From positions 1,612,001 to 1,676,000 of the forward strand of contig OZ024751.1 in assembly GCA_964016885.1 (NCBI GenBank): a stretch of 64,000 nt of DNA. Reading direction: 5' to 3'. This document shows positions 41,714 through 56,700 of this stretch, piece by piece. The DNA comes from Eledone cirrhosa (lineage: Eukaryota). Position 1 is the stretch's first letter. Every line of letters starts with the position of its first letter. Under the pieces are notes generated by a model. It searched no databases. It was not told the DNA's origin and saw only the letters and a program-made list of their open reading frames with translations. Both the position numbers and the translations under genes were made by a program.

Positions 41714-44700
41714 TGGTGTTACTGTTGTTGGTGTTGTTGGTGTTACTGTTGTTGGTGTTGTTGGTTTTACTGTCGTTGGTGTTGTTGGTGTTACTGTTGA
41801 TGGTGTTGTTGGTGTTACTGTTGTTGGTGTTGTTGGTGTTACTGTTGTTGGTGTTGTTGGTGTTACTGTTGTTGGTGTTGGTGTTACTGTTGTTGGTGTT
41901 GTTAGTGTTACTGTTGTTGGTGTTGGTGTTGGTGTTACTGTTGTTGGTGTTGTTGGTGTTACTGTTGTTGGTGTTGTTGGTGTTACTGTTGTGGTGTTGT
42001 TAGTGTTACTGTTGTTGGTGTTGTTAGTGTTACTGTTGTTGTTTTTGTTGGTGTTACTGTTGTTGGTGTTGTCAGTGTTACTGTTGTTGGTGTTGTTAGT
42101 GTTACTGTTGTTGGTGTTGTTGGTGTTACTGTTGTTGGTGTTGTTGGTCTTACTGTTGTTGGTGATGTTGGTGTTACTGTTGTTGGTGTTGTTTTTGTTG
42201 GTGTTGGTGGTGTTGGTGGTGATACTGTTGTTGGTGTTGTTAGTGTTACTGTTGTTGGTGTTGGTGTTGGTGTTACTGTTGTTGGTGTTGTTGCCGTTAC
42301 TGTTGTTGGTGTTGTTAGTGTTACTGTTGTTGGTGTTGTTGGAGTTACTGTTGTTGGTGTTGTTAGTATTACTGTTGTTGGTGTTGTTGGTGTTACTGTT
42401 GTTGGTGTTGGTCGTCTTACTGTTGTTGGTGTTGTTGGTGTTACTGTTGTTGGTGTTGTTTTTGTTGGTGTTGGTGGTGTTGGTGTTACTGTTGTTGGTG
42501 TTGGTGGTCTTACTGTTGTTGGTGTTGTTGGTGTTACTGTTGTTGGTGTTGTTGGTGTTACTGTTGTTCGTGTTGTTGGTGTTACTGTTGTTGGTGTTGT
42601 TGGTGTTACTGTTGTTGGTGTTACTGTTGTTGGTGTTGTTGCTGTTACTGTTGTTGTTGTTGTTGGTGTTACTGTTGTTGGTGTTGTTAGTGTTACTGTT
42701 GTTGGTGTTGTTTGTGTTACTGTTGTTGGTGTTGGTGGTGATACTGTTGTTGGTGTTGTTAGTGTTACTGTTGTTGGTGTTGGTGTTGGTGTTACTGTTG
42801 TTGGTGTTGTTGCTGTTACTGTTGTTGGTGTTGTTAGTGTTACTGTTGTTGGTTTTGTTGGAGTTACTGTTGTTGGTGTTGTTAGTATTACTGTTGTTGG
42901 TGTTGTTGGTGTTACTGTTGTTGGTGTTGGTCGTCTTACTGTTGTTGGTGTTGTTGGTGTTACTGTTGTTGGTGTTGTTTTTGTTGGTGTTGGTGGTGTT
43001 GGTGTTACTGTTGTTGGTGTTGTTTGTGTTACGGCTGTTGGTGTTGTTGGTGTTACTGTTGTTGGTGTTGTTAGTGTTACTGTTGTTGGTGTTGTTGGAG
43101 TTACTGTTGTTGGTGTTGTTAGTATTACTGTTGTTGGTGTTGTTGGTGTTACCGTTGTTGGTGTTGGTGTTCTTACTGTTGTTGGTGTTGTTGGTATTAC
43201 TGTTGTTGGTGTTGTTGGTGTTACTGTTGTTGGTGTTGTTGGTGTTACTGTTGTTGGTGTTGTTGGTTTTACTGTCGTTGGTGTTGTTGGTGTTACTGTT
43301 GATGGTGTTGTTGGTGTTACTGTTGTTGGTGTTGTTGGTGTTACTGTTGTTGGTGTTGTTGGTGTTACTGTTGTTGGTGTTGGTGTTACTGTTGTTGGTG
43401 TTGTTAGTGTTACTGTTGTTGGTGTTGGTGTTGGTGTTACTGTTGTAGGTGTTGTTGGTGTTACTGTTGTTGGTGTTGTTGGTGTTACTGTTGTGGTGTT
43501 GTTAGTGTTACTGTTGTTGGTGTTGTTAGTGTTACTGTTGTTGTTTTTGTTGGTGTTACTGTTGTTGGTGTTGTCAGTGTTACTGTTGTTGGTGTTGTTA
43601 GTGTTACTGTTGTTGGTGTTGTTGGTGTTACTGTTGTTGGTGTTGTTGGTCTTACTGTTGTTGGTGATGTTGGTGTTACTGTTGTTGGTGTTGTTGGTTT
43701 TACTGTTGTTGGTGTTGTTGGTGTTACTGTTGTTGGTGTTGTTGGTTTTACTGTTGTTGGTGTTGTTGGTGTTACTGTTGTTGGTGTTGTTGGTGTTACT
43801 GTTGTTGGTGTTGTTAGTATTACTGTTGTTGGTGTTGGTGGTGTTACTGTTGTTGGTGTTGTTGGTGTTACTGTTGTTGGTGTTGTTGGTGTTACTGTTG
43901 TTGGTGTTGTTAGTGTTACTGTTGTTGGTGTTGTTGGTGTTACTGTTGTTGGTGTTGTTGGTGTTACTGTTGTTGGTGTTGTTGGTGTTACTGTTGTTGG
44001 TGTTGTTAGTATTACTGTTGTTGGTGTTGGTGGTGTTACTGTTGTTGGTGTTGTTGGTGTTACTGCTGTTGGTGTTGTTAGTATTACTGTTGTTGGTGTT
44101 GGTGGTGTAACTGTTGTTGGTGTTGTTGGTGTTACTGCTGTTGGTGTTGTTGGTGTTACTGTTGTTGGTGTTGTTAGTGTTACTGTTGTTGGTGTTGTTG
44201 CTGTTACTGTTGTTGGTGTTGGTGGTGTTACTGTTGTTGGTGTTGTTTGTGTTACTGTTGTTGGTGTTGTTTGTGTTACTGTTGTTGGTGTTGGTGGTGT
44301 TACTGTTGTTGGTGTTGCTGGTGTTACTCTTGTTGGTGTTGTTGGTGTTACTGTTGTTGGTGGTGTTGGTGTTACTGTTGTTGGTGTTGTTAGTGTTACT
44401 GTTGTTGGTGTTGTTGGTGTTACTGTTGTTGATGTTGTTAGTGTTACTGTTGTTGGTGTTATTGGTGTTACTGTTGTTGGTGTGGTAGTATTAATGTTGT
44501 TGGTGTCGTTGGTGTTACTGTTGTTGGTGTTGTTGGTGTTACTGTTGTTGGTGTTGTTAGTATTAATGTTGTTGGTGTCGTTGGTGTTACTGTTGTTGGT
44601 GTTGTTGGTGTTACTGTTGTTGGTGTTGTTAGTATTAATGTTGTTGGTGTCGTTGGTGTTACTGTTGTTGGTGTTGTTGGTGTTACTGTTGTTGGTGTTG

Positions 44701-47700
44701 TTTGTGTTACTGTTGTTGGTGTTGTTGGTGTTACTGTTGTTGGTGTTATTGGTGTTACTGTTGTTGGTGTCGTTGGTGTTACTGTTGTTGGTGTTGTTGG
44801 TGTTGTTGGTCTTACTGTTGTTGGTGTTGTTGGTGTTACTGTTGTTGGTGTTGTTGGTGTTACTGTTGTTGGTGTTGTTGGTGTTACTGTTGTTGGTGTT
44901 GTTAGTGTTACTGTTGTTGGTGTTGTTGGTGTTACTGTTGTTGGTGTTGTTGGTGTTACTGTTGTTGGTGATGTTGGTGTTACTGCTGTTGGTGTTGTTG
45001 GTTTTACTGTTGTTGGTGTTGTTGGTGTTACTGTTGTTGGTGTTGCTGGTGTTACTGTTGTTGGTTTTGTTAGTGTTACTGTTGTTGGTGTTGTTGGTGT
45101 TACTGTTGTTGGTGTAGTTGGTTTTACTGTTGTTGGTGCTGTTGGTGTTACTGTTGTTGGTGTTGTTGGTGTTGTTTGTGTTACTGTTGTTGGTGTTGTT
45201 GGTGTTACTGTTGTTGGTGTTGTTGGTGTTACTGTTGTTGGTGTTGTTGGTGTTACTGTTGTTGGTGTTGTTAGTATTAATGTTGTTGGTGTCGTTGGTG
45301 TTACTGTTGTTGGTGTTGTTGGTGTTGCTGTTGTTGGTGTTGTTTGTGTTACTGTTGTTGGTGTTGTTGGTGTTACTGTTGTTGGTGTTGTTGGTGTTAC
45401 TGTTGTTGGTGTTGTTTTTGTTGGTGTTGGTGGTGTTACTATTGTTGGAGTTGTTGGTGTTACTGTTGTTGGTGTTGTTGGTGTTACTGTTGTTGGTGTT
45501 GTTGGTGTTACTGTTGTTGGTGTTGTTGGTGTTACTGTTGTTGGTGTTGTTTTTGTTGGTGTTGGTGGTGTTACTGTTGTTGGAGTTGTTGGTGTTACTG
45601 TTGTTGGTGTTGTTGGTGTTACTGTTGTTGGTATTGTTGGTGTTACTGTTGTTGGTGTTGTTGGTGTTACAGTTGTTGGTGTTGTTCGTGTTACTGTTGT
45701 TGGTGTTGTTGGTGTTACTGTTTTTGGTGTTGTTGGTGTTACTGTTGTTGGTGTTGGTGTTACTGTAGTTGGTGTGGGTGTTCTTACTGTTGTTGGTGTT
45801 GTTGGTGTTACTGTTGTTGGTGTTGTTGGTGTTACTGTTGTTGGTGTTGTTAGTGTTACTGTTGTTGGTGTTGTTGGTGTTACTGTTGTTGGTGTTGTTG
45901 GTGTTACTGTTGTTGGTGTTGTTGGTGTTACTGTTGTTGGTGTTGTTAGTATTACTGTTGTTGGTGTTGGTGGTGTTACTGTTGTTGGTGTTGTTGGTGT
46001 TACTGCTGTTGGTGTTGTTAGTATTACTGTTGTTGGTGTTGGTGGTGTAACTGTTGTTGGTGTTGTTGGTGTTACTGCTGTTGGTGTTGTTGGTGTTACT
46101 GTTGTTGGTGTTGTTAGTGTTACTGTTGTTGGTGTTGTTGGTGTTACTGTTGTTGGTGTTGGTGGTGTTACTGTTGTTGGTGTTGTTTGTGTTACTGTTG
46201 TTGGTGTTGTTTGTGTTACTGTTGTTGGTGTTGGTGGTGTTACTGTTGTTGGTGTTGTTGGTGTTACTCTTGTTGGTGTTGTTGGTGTTACTGTTGTTGG
46301 TGGTGTTGGTGTTACTGTTGTTGGTGTTGTTAGTGTTACTGTTGTTGGTGTTGTTGGTGTTACTGTTGTTGGTGTTGTTAGTGTTACTGTTGTTGGTGTT
46401 ATTGGTGTTACTGTTGTTGGTGTGGTAGTATTAATGTTGTTGGTGTCGTTGGTGTTACTGTTGTTGGTGTTGTTGGTGTTACTGTTGTTGGTGTTGTTAG
46501 TATTAATGTTGTTGGTGTCGTTGGTGTTACTGTTGTTGGTGTTGTTGGTGTTACTGTTGTTGGTGTTGTTAGTATTAATGTTGTTGGTGTCGTTGGTGTT
46601 ACTGTTGTTGGTGTTGTTGGTGTTACTGTTGTTGGTGTTGTTTGTGTTACTGTTGTTGGTGTTGTTGGTGTTACTGTTGTTGGTGTTATTGGTGTTACTG
46701 TTGTTGGTGTTGTTGGTGTTACTGTTGTTGGTGTTGTTGGTCTTACTGTTGTTGGTGTTGTTGGTGTTACTGTTGTTGGTGTTGTTGGTGTTACTGTTGT
46801 TGGTGTTGTTAGTGTTACTGTTGTTGGTGTTATTGGTGTTACTGTTGTTGGTGTGGTAGTATTAATGTTGTTGGTGTCGTTGGTGTTACTGTTGTTGGTG
46901 TTGTTGGTGTTACTGTTGTTGGTGTTGGTGGTGTTACTGTTGTTGGTGTTGTTAGTATTAATGTTGTTGGTGTTGTTCGTGTTGTTGGAGTTGTTGGTGT
47001 TACTGTTGTTGGTGTTGTTGGTGTTACTGTTGTTGGTGTTGTTGGTGTTACTGTTGTTGGTGTTGTTGGTGTTACAGTTGTTGGTGTTGTTCGTGTTACT
47101 GTTGTTGGTGTTGTTGGTGTTACTGTTTTTGGTGTTGTTGGTGTTACTGTTGTTGGTGTTGGTGTTACTGTTGTTGGTGTGGGTGTTCTTACTTTTGTTG
47201 GTGTTGTTGCTGTTACTGTTGTTGGTGTTGTTGGTGTTACTGTTGTTGGTGTTGTTGGTGTTACTGTTGTTGGTGTTGTTGGTGTTACTGTTGTTGGTGT
47301 TGGTGTTACTGTTGTTGGTGTTGGTGGTGTTACTGTTGTTGGTGTTGTTGGTGTTACTGTTGTTGGTGTTGTTGGTGTTACTGTTGTTGGTGTTGTTAGT
47401 GTTACTGTTGTTGGTGTTGTTGGTGCTACTGTTGTTGGTGTTGTTAGTGTTACTGTTGTTGGTGTTGTTGGTGTTACTGTTGTTGGTGTTGTTAGTGTTA
47501 CTGTTGTTGGTGTTGTTGGTGTTACTGTTGTTGGTGTTGTTAGCGTTACTGTTGTTGGTGTTGTTAGTGTTACTGTTGTTGGTGTTGTTTTTGTTGGTGT
47601 TGGTGGTGTTGGTGTTACTGTTGTTGGTGTTGTTGGTGTTACGGCTGTTGGTGTTGTTGGTGTTACTGTTGTTGGTGTTGTTAGTGCTACTGTTGTTGGT

Positions 47701-50700
47701 ATTGTTGGTGTTACTGTTGTTGGTGTTGTTGGTGTTACTGTTGTTGGTGTTGTTAGTATTACTGTTGTTGGTGTTGGTGGTGTTACTGTTGTTGGTGTTG
47801 TTGGTGTTACTGTTGTTGGTGTTGTTGGTGTTACTGTTGTTGGTGTTGTTAGTGTTACTGTTGTTGGTGTTGTTGGTGTTACTGTTGTTGGTGTTGTTGG
47901 TGTTACTGTTGTTGGTGTTGTTGGTGTTCCTGTTGTTGGTGTTGTTAGTATTACTGTTGTTGGTGTTGGTGGTGTTACTGTTGTTGGTGTTGTTGGTGTT
48001 ACTGCTGTTGGTGTTGTTAGTATTACTGTTGTTGGTGTTGGTGGTGTAACTGTTGTTGGTGTTGTTGGTGTTACTGCTGTTGGTGTTGTTGGTGTTACTG
48101 TTGTTGGTGTTGTTAGTGTTACTGTTGTTGGTGTTGTTGGTGTTACTGTTGTTGGTGTTGGTGGTGTTACTGTTGTTGGTGTTGTTTGTGTTACTGTTGT
48201 TGGTGTTGTTTGTGTTACTGTTGTTGGTGTTGGTGGTGTTACTGTTGTTGGTGTTGTTGGTGTTACTCTTGTTGGTGTTGTTGGTGTTACTGTTGTTGGT
48301 GGTGTTGGTGTTACTGTTGTTGGTGTTGTTAGTGTTACTGTTGTTGGTGTTGTTGGTGTTACTGTTGTTGGTGTTGTTAGTGTTACTGTTGTTGGTGTTA
48401 TTGGTGTTACTGTTGTTGGTGTGGTAGTATTAATGTTGTTGGTGTCGTTGGTGTTACTGTTGTTGGTGTTGTTGGTGTTACTGTTGTTGGTGTTGTTAGT
48501 ATTAATGTTGTTGGTGTCGTTGGTGTTACTGTTGTTGGTGTTGTTGGTGTTACTGTTGTTGGTGTTGTTAGTACTAATGTTGTTGGTGTCGTTGGTGTTA
48601 CTGTTGTTGGTGTTGGTGGTGTTACTGTTGTTGGTGTTGTTTGTGTTACTGTTGTTGGTGTTGTTGGTGTTACTGTTGTTGGTGTTATTGGTGTTACTGT
48701 TGTTGGTGTTGTTGGTGTTACTGTTGTTGGTGTTGTTGGTCTTACTGTTGTTGGTGTTGTTGGTGTTACTGTTGTTGGTGTTGTTGGTGTTACTGTTGTT
48801 GGTGTTGTTGGTGTTACTGTTGTTGGTGTTGTTAGTGTTACTGTTGTTGGTGTTGTTGGTGTTACTGTTGCTGGTGTTGTTGGTGTTACTGTTGTTGGTG
48901 ATGTTGGTGTTACTGCTGTTGGTGTTGTTGGTTTTACTGTTGTTGTTGTTGTTGTTGGTGTTACTGTTGTTGGTGTTGCTGGTGTTACTGTTGTTGGTGT
49001 TGTTAGTGTTACTGTTGTTGGTGTTGTTGGTGTTACTGTTGTTGGTGTAGTTGGTTTTACTGTTGTTGGTGTTGTTGGTGTTACTGTTGTTGGTGTTGTT
49101 GGTGTTGTTTGTGTTACTGTTGTTGGTGTTGTTGGTGTTACTGTTGTTGGTGTTGTTGGTGTTACTGTTGTTGGTGTTGTTGGTGTTACTGTTGTTGGTG
49201 TTGTTAGTATTAATGTTGTTGGTGTCGTTGGTGTTACTGTTGTTGGTGTTGTTGGTGTTGCTGTTGTTGGTGTTGTTTGTGTTACTGTTGCTGGTGTTGT
49301 TGGTGTTACTGTTGTTGGTGTTGTTGGTATTACTGTTGTTGGTGTTGTTTTTGTTGGTGTTGGTGGTGTTACTATTGTTGGAGTTGTTGGTGTTACTGTT
49401 GTTGGTGTTGTTGGTGTTACTGTTGTTGGTGTTGTTGGTGTTACTGTTGTTGGTGTTGTTTTTGTTGGTGTTGGTGGTGTTACTGTTGTTGGAGTTGTTG
49501 GTGTTACTGTTGTTGGTGTTGTTGGTGTTACTGTTGTTGGTGTTGTTGGTGTTACTGTTGTGGTGTTGTTAGTGTTACTGTTGTTGTTTTTGTTGGTGTT
49601 ACTGTTGTTGGTGTTGTCAGTGTTACTGTTGTTGGTGTTGTTAGTGTTACTGTTGTTGGTGTTGTTGGTGTTACTGTTGTTGGTGTTGTTGGTCTTACTG
49701 TTGTTGGTGATGTTGGTGTTACTGTTGTTGGTGTTGTTGGTTTTACTGTTGTTGGTGTTGTTGGTGTTACTGTTGTTGGTGTTGTTGGTTTTACTGTTGT
49801 TGGTGTTGTTGGTGTTACTGTTGTTGGTGTTGTTGGTGTTACTGTTGTTGGTGTTGTTAGTATTACTGTTGTTGGTGTTGGTGGTGTTACTGTTGTTGGT
49901 GTTGTTGGTGTTACTGTTGTTGGTGTTGTTGGTGTTACTGTTGTTGGTGTTGTTAGTGTTACTGTTGTTGGTGTTGTTGGTGGTACTGTTGTTGGTGTTG
50001 TTGGTGTTACTGTTGTTGGTGTTGTTGGTGTTACTGTTGTTGGTGTTGTTAGTATTACTGTTGTTGGTGTTGGTGGTGTTACTGTTGTTGGTGTTGTTGG
50101 TGTTACTGCTGTTGGTGTTGTTAGTATTACTGTTGTTGGTGTTGGTGGTGTAACTGTTGTTGGTGTTGTTGGTGTTACTGCTGTTGGTGTTGTTGGTGTT
50201 ACTGTTGTTGGTGTTGTTAGTGTTACTGTTGTTGGTGTTGTTGCTGTTACTGTTGTTGGTGTTGGTGGTGTTACTGTTGTTGGTGTTGTTTGTGTTACTG
50301 TTGTTGGTGTTGTTTGTGTTACTGTTGTTGGTGTTGGTGGTGTTACTGTTGTTGGTGTTGCTGGTGTTACTCTTGTTGGTGTTGTTGGTGTTACTGTTGT
50401 TGGTGGTGTTGGTGTTACTGTTGTTGGTGTTGTTAGTGTTACTGTTGTTGGTGTTGTTGGTGTTACTGTTGTTGGTGTTGTTAGTGTTACTGTTGTTGGT
50501 GTTATTGGTGTTACTGTTGTTGGTGTGGTAGTATTAATGTTGTTGGTGTCGTTGGTGTTACTGTTGTTGGTGTTGTTGGTGTTACTGTTGTTGGTGTTGT
50601 TAGTATTAATGTTGTTGGTGTCGTTGGTGTTACTGTTGTTGGTGTTGTTGGTGTTACTGTTGTTGGTGTTGTTAGTATTAATGTTGTTGGTGTCGTTGGT

Positions 50701-53700
50701 GTTACTGTTGTTGGTGTTGTTGGTGTTACTGTTGTTGGTGTTGTTTGTGTTACTGTTGTTGGTGTTGTTGGTGTTACTGTTGTTGGTGTTATTGGTGTTA
50801 CTGTTGTTGGTGTCGTTGGTGTTACTGTTGTTGGTGTTGTTGGTCTTACTGTTGTTGGTGTTGTTGGTGTTACTGTTGTTGGTGTTGTTGGTGTTACTGT
50901 TGTTGGTGTTGTTGGTGTTACTGTTGTTGGTGTTGTTAGTGTTACTGTTGTTGGTGTTGTTGGTGTTACTGTTGTTGGTGTTGTTGGTGTTACTGTTGTT
51001 GGTGATGTTGGTGTTACTGCTGTTGGTGTTGTTGGTTTTACTGTTGTTGGTGTTGTTGGTGTTACTGTTGTTGGTGTTGCTGGTGTTACTGTTGTTGGTT
51101 TTGTTAGTGTTACTGTTGTTGGTGTTGTTGGTGTTACTGTTGTTGGTGTAGTTGGTTTTACTGTTGTTGGTGCTGTTGGTGTTACTGTTGTTGGTGTTGT
51201 TGGTGTTGTTTGTGTTACTGTTGTTGGTGTTGTTGGTGTTACTGTTGTTGGTGTTGTTGGTGTTACTGTTGTTGGTGTTGTTGGTGTTACTGTTGTTGGT
51301 GTTGTTAGTATTAATGTTGTTGGTGTCGTTGGTGTTACTGTTGTTGGTGTTGTTGGTGTTGCTGTTGTTGGTGTTGTTTGTGTTACTGTTGTTGGTGTTG
51401 TTGGTGTTACTGTTGTTGGTGTTGTTGGTGTTACTGTTGTTGGTGTTGTTTTTGTTGGTGTTGGTGGTGTTACTATTGTTGGAGTTGTTGGTGTTACTGT
51501 TGTTGGTGTTGTTGGTGTTACTGTTGTTGGTGTTGTTGGTGTTACTGTTGTTGGTGTTGTTGGTGTTACTGTTGTTGGTGTTGTTTTTGTTGGTGTTGGT
51601 GGTGTTACTGTTGTTGGAGTTGTTGGTGTTACTGTTGTTGGTGTTGTTGGTGTTACTGTTGTTGGTGTTGTTGGTGTTACTGTTGTTGGTGTTGTTGGTG
51701 TTACAGTTGTTGGTGTTGTTCGTGTTACTGTTGTTGGTGTTGTTGGTGTTACTGTTTTTGGTGTTGTTGGTGTTACTGTTGTTGGTGTTGGTGTTACTGT
51801 AGTTGGTGTGGGTGTTCTTACTTTTGTTGGTGTTGTTGCTGTTACTGTTGTTGGTGTTGTTGGTGTTACTGTTGTTGGTGTTGTTGGTGTTACTGTTGTT
51901 GGTGTTGTTGGTGTTACTGTTGTTGGTGTTGGTGTTACTGTTGTTGGTGTTGGTGGTGTTACTGTTGTTGGTGTTGTTGGTGTTACTGTTGTTGGTGTTG
52001 TTGGTGTTACTGTTGTTGGTGTTGTTAGTGTTACTGTTGTTGGTGTTGTTGGTGTTACTGTTGTTGGTGTTGTTGGTGTTACTGTTGTTGGTGTTGTTGG
52101 TGTTACTGTTGTTGGTGTTGTTAGTATTACTGTTGTTGGTGTTGGTGGTGTTACTGTTGTTGGTGTTGTTGGTGTTACTGCTGTTGGTGTTGTTAGTATT
52201 ACTGTTGTTGGTGTTGGTGGTGTAACTGTTGTTGGTGTTGTTGGTGTTACTGCTGTTGGTGTTGTTGGTGTTACTGTTGTTGGTGTTGTTAGTGTTACTG
52301 TTGTTGGTGTTGTTGGTGTTACTGTTGTTGGTGTTGGTGGTGTTACTGTTGTTGGTGTTGTTTGTGTTACTGTTGTTGGTGTTGTTTGTGTTACTGTTGT
52401 TGGTGTTGGTGGTGTTACTGTTGTTGGTGTTGTTGGTGTTACTCTTGTTGGTGTTGTTGGTGTTACTGTTGTTGGTGGTGTTGGTGTTACTGTTGTTGGT
52501 GTTGTTAGTGTTACTGTTGTTGGTGTTGTTGGTGTTACTGTTGTTGGTGTTGTTAGTGTTACTGTTGTTGGTGTTATTGGTGTTACTGTTGTTGGTGTGG
52601 TAGTATTAATGTTGTTGGTGTCGTTGGTGTTACTGTTGTTGGTGTTGTTGGTGTTACTGTTGTTGGTGTTGTTAGTATTAATGTTGTTGGTGTCGTTGGT
52701 GTTACTGTTGTTGGTGTTGTTGGTGTTACTGTTGTTGGTGTTGTTAGTATTAATGTTGTTGGTGTCGTTGGTGTTACTGTTGTTGGTGTTGTTGGTGTTA
52801 CTGTTGTTGGTGTTGTTTGTGTTACTGTTGTTGGTGTTGTTGGTGTTACTGTTGTTGGTGTTATTGGTGTTACTGTTGTTGGTGTTGTTGGTGTTACTGT
52901 TGTTGGTGTTGTTGGTCTTACTGTTGTTGGTGTTGTTGGTGTTACTGTTGTTGGTGTTGTTGGTGTTACTGTTGTTGGTGTTGTTAGTGTTACTGTTGTT
53001 GGTGTTATTGGTGTTACTGTTGTTGGTGTGGTAGTATTAATGTTGTTGGTGTCGTTGGTGTTACTGTTGTTGGTGTTGTTGGTGTTACTGTTGTTGGTGT
53101 TGGTGGTGTTACTGTTGTTGGTGTTGTTAGTATTAATGTTGTTGGTGTTGTTCGTGTTGTTGGAGTTGTTGGTGTTACTGTTGTTGGTGTTGTTGGTGTT
53201 ACTGTTGTTGGTGTTGTTGGTGTTACTGTTGTTGGTGTTGTTGGTGTTACAGTTGTTGGTGTTGTTCGTGTTACTGTTGTTGGTGTTGTTGGTGTTACTG
53301 TTTTTGGTGTTGTTGGTGTTACTGTTGTTGGTGTTGGTGTTACTGTTGTTGGTGTGGGTGTTCTTACTTTTGTTGGTGTTGTTGCTGTTACTGTTGTTGG
53401 TGTTGTTGGTGTTACTGTTGTTGGTGTTGTTGGTGTTACTGTTGTTGGTGTTGTTGGTGTTAATGTTGTTGGTGTTGGTGTTACTGTTGTTGGTGTTGGT
53501 GGTGTTACTGTTGTTGGTGTTGTTGGTGTTACTGTTGTTGGTGTTGTTGGTGTTACTGTTGTTGGTGTTGTTAGTGTTACTGTTGTTGGTGTTGTTGGTG
53601 CTACTGTTGTTGGTGTTGTTAGTGTTACTGTTGTTGGTGTTGTTGGTGTTACTGTTGTTGGTGTTGTTAGTGTTACTGTTGTTGGTGTTGTTGGTGTTAC

Positions 53701-56700
53701 TGTTGTTGGTGTTGTTAGCGTTACTGTTGTTGGTGTTGTTAGTGTTACTGTTGTTGGTGTTGTTTTTGTTGGTGTTGGTGGTGTTGGTGTTACTGTTGTT
53801 GGTGTTGTTGGTGTTACGGCTGTTGGTGTTGTTGGTGTTACTGTTGTTGGTGTTGTTAGTGCTACTGTTGTTGGTATTGTTGGTGTTACTGTTGTTGGTG
53901 TTGTTGGTGTTACTGTTGTTGGTGTTGTTAGTATTACTGTTGTTGGTGTTGGTGGTGTTACTGTTGTTGGTGTTGTTGGTGTTACTGTTGTTGGTGTTGT
54001 TGGTGTTACTGTTGTTGGTGTTGTTAGTGTTACTGTTGTTGGTGTTGTTGGTGTTACTGTTGTTGGTGTTGTTGGTGTTACTGTTGTTGGTGTTGTTGGT
54101 GTTACTGTTGTTGGTGTTGTTAGTATTACTGTTGTTGGTGTTGGTGGTGTTACTGTTGTTGGTGTTGTTGGTGTTACTGCTGTTGGTGTTGTTAGTATTA
54201 CTGTTGTTGGTGTTGGTGGTGTAACTGTTGTTGGTGTTGTTGGTGTTACTGCTGTTGGTGTTGTTGGTGTTACTGTTGTTGGTGTTGTTAGTGTTACTGT
54301 TGTTGGTGTTGTTGGTGTTACTGTTGTTGGTGTTGGTGGTGTTACTGTTGTTGGTGTTGTTTGTGTTACTGTTGTTGGTGTTGTTTGTGTTACTGTTGTT
54401 GGTGTTGGTGGTGTTACTGTTGTTGGTGTTGTTGGTGTTACTCTTGTTGGTGTTGTTGGTGTTACTGTTGTTGGTGGTGTTGGTGTTACTGTTGTTGGTG
54501 TTGTTAGTGTTACTGTTGTTGGTGTTGTTGGTGTTACTGTTGTTGGTGTTGTTAGTGTTACTGTTGTTGGTGTTATTGGTGTTACTGTTGTTGGTGTGGT
54601 AGTATTAATGTTGTTGGTGTCGTTGGTGTTACTGTTGTTGGTGTTGTTGGTGTTACTGTTGTTGGTGTTGTTAGTATTAATGTTGTTGGTGTCGTTGGTG
54701 TTACTGTTGTTGGTGTTGTTGGTGTTACTGTTGTTGGTGTTGTTAGTATTAATGTTGTTGGTGTCGTTGGTGTTACTGTTGTTGGTGTTGGTGGTGTTAC
54801 TGTTGTTGGTGTTGTTTGTGTTACTGTTGTTGGTGTTGTTGGTGTTACTGTTGTTGGTGTTATTGGTGTTACTGTTGTTGGTGTTGTTGGTGTTACTGTT
54901 GTTGGTGTTGTTGGTCTTACTGTTGTTGGTGTTGTTGGTGTTACTGTTGTTGGTGTTGTTGGTGTTACTGTTGTTGGTGTTGTTGGTGTTACTGTTGTTG
55001 GTGTTGTTAGTGTTACTGTTGTTGGTGTTGTTGGTGTTACTGTTGTTGGTGTTGTTGGTGTTACTGTTGTTGGTGATGTTGGTGTTACTGCTGTTGGTGT
55101 TGTTGGTTTTACTGTTGTTGTTGTTGTTGGTGTTACTGTTGTTGGTGTTGCTGGTGTTACTGTTGTTGGTGTTGTTAGTGTTACTGTTGTTGGTGTTGTT
55201 GGTGTTACTGTTGTTGGTGTAGTTGGTTTTACTGTTGTTGGTGTTGTTGGTGTTACTGTTGTTGGTGTTGTTGGTGTTGTTTGTGTTACTGTTGTTGGTG
55301 TTGTTGGTGTTACTGTTGTTGGTGTTGTTGGTGTTACTGTTGTTGGTGTTGTTGGTGTTACTGTTGTTGGTGTTGTTAGTATTAATGTTGTTGGTGTCGT
55401 TGGTGTTACTGTTGTTGGTGTTGTTGGTGTTGCTGTTGTTGGTGTTGTTTGTGTTACTGTTGTTGGTGTTGTTGGTGTTACTGTTGTTGGTGTTGTTGGT
55501 GTTACTGTTGTTGGTGTTGTTTTTGTTGGTGTTGGTGGTGTTACTATTGTTGGAGTTGTTGGTGTTACTGTTGTTGGTGTTGTTGGTGTTACTGTTGTTG
55601 GTGTTGTTGGTGTTACTGTTGTTGGTGTTGTTTTTGTTGGTGTTGGTGGTGTTACTGTTGTTGGAGTTGTTGGTGTTACTGTTGTTGGTGTTGTTGGTGT
55701 TACTGTTGTTGGTGTTGTTGGTGTTACTGTTGTTGGTGTTGTTGGTGTTACAGTTGTTGGTGTTGTTCGTGTTACTGTTGATGGTGTTGTTGGTGTTACT
55801 GTTTTTGGTGTTGTTGGTGTTACTGTTGTTGGTGTTGGTGTTACTGTTGTTGGTGTGGGTGTTCTTACTTTTGTTGGTGTTGTTGCTGTTACTGTTGTTG
55901 GTGTTGTTGGTGTTACTGTTGTTGGTGTTGTTGGTGTTACTGTTGTTGGTGTTGTTGGTGTTACTGTTGTTGGTGTTGGTGTTACTGTTGTTGGTTTTGG
56001 TGGTGTTACTCTTGTTGGTGTTGTTGGTGTTACTGTTGTTGGTGTTGTTGGTGTTACTGTTGTTGGTGTTGTTAGTGTTACTGTTGTTGGTGTTGTTGGT
56101 GCTACTGTTGTTGGTGTTGGTGTTACTGTTGTTGGTGTTGTTAGTGTTACTGTTGTTGGTGTTGGTGTTGGTGTTACTGTTGTTGGTGTTGTTGGTGTTA
56201 CTGTTGTTGGTTTTGTTGGTGTTACTGTTGTGGTGTTGTTAGTGTTACTGTTGTTGGTGTTGTTAGTGTTACTGTTGTTGTTTTTGTTGGTGTTACTGTT
56301 GTTGGTGTTGTCAGTGTTACTGTTGTTGGTGTTGTTAGTGTTACTGTTGTTGGTGTTGTTGGTGTCACTGTTGTTGGTGTTGTTGGTCTTACTGTTGTTG
56401 GTGATGTTGGTGTTACTGTTGTTGGTGTTGTTGGTTTTACTGTTGTTGGTGTTGTTGGTGTTTCTGTTGTTGGTGTTGTTGGTTTTACTGTTGTTGGTGT
56501 TGTTGGTGTTACTGTTGTTGGTGTTGTTGGTGTTACTGTTGTTGGTGTTGTTAGTATTACTGTTGTTGGTGTTGGTGGTGTTAGTGTTGTTGGTGTTGTT
56601 GGTGTTACTGTTGTTGGTGTTGTTGGTGTTACTGTTGTTGGTGTTGTTAGCGTTACTGTTGTTGGTGCTGTTGGTGTTACTGTTGTTGGTGTTGTTGTTG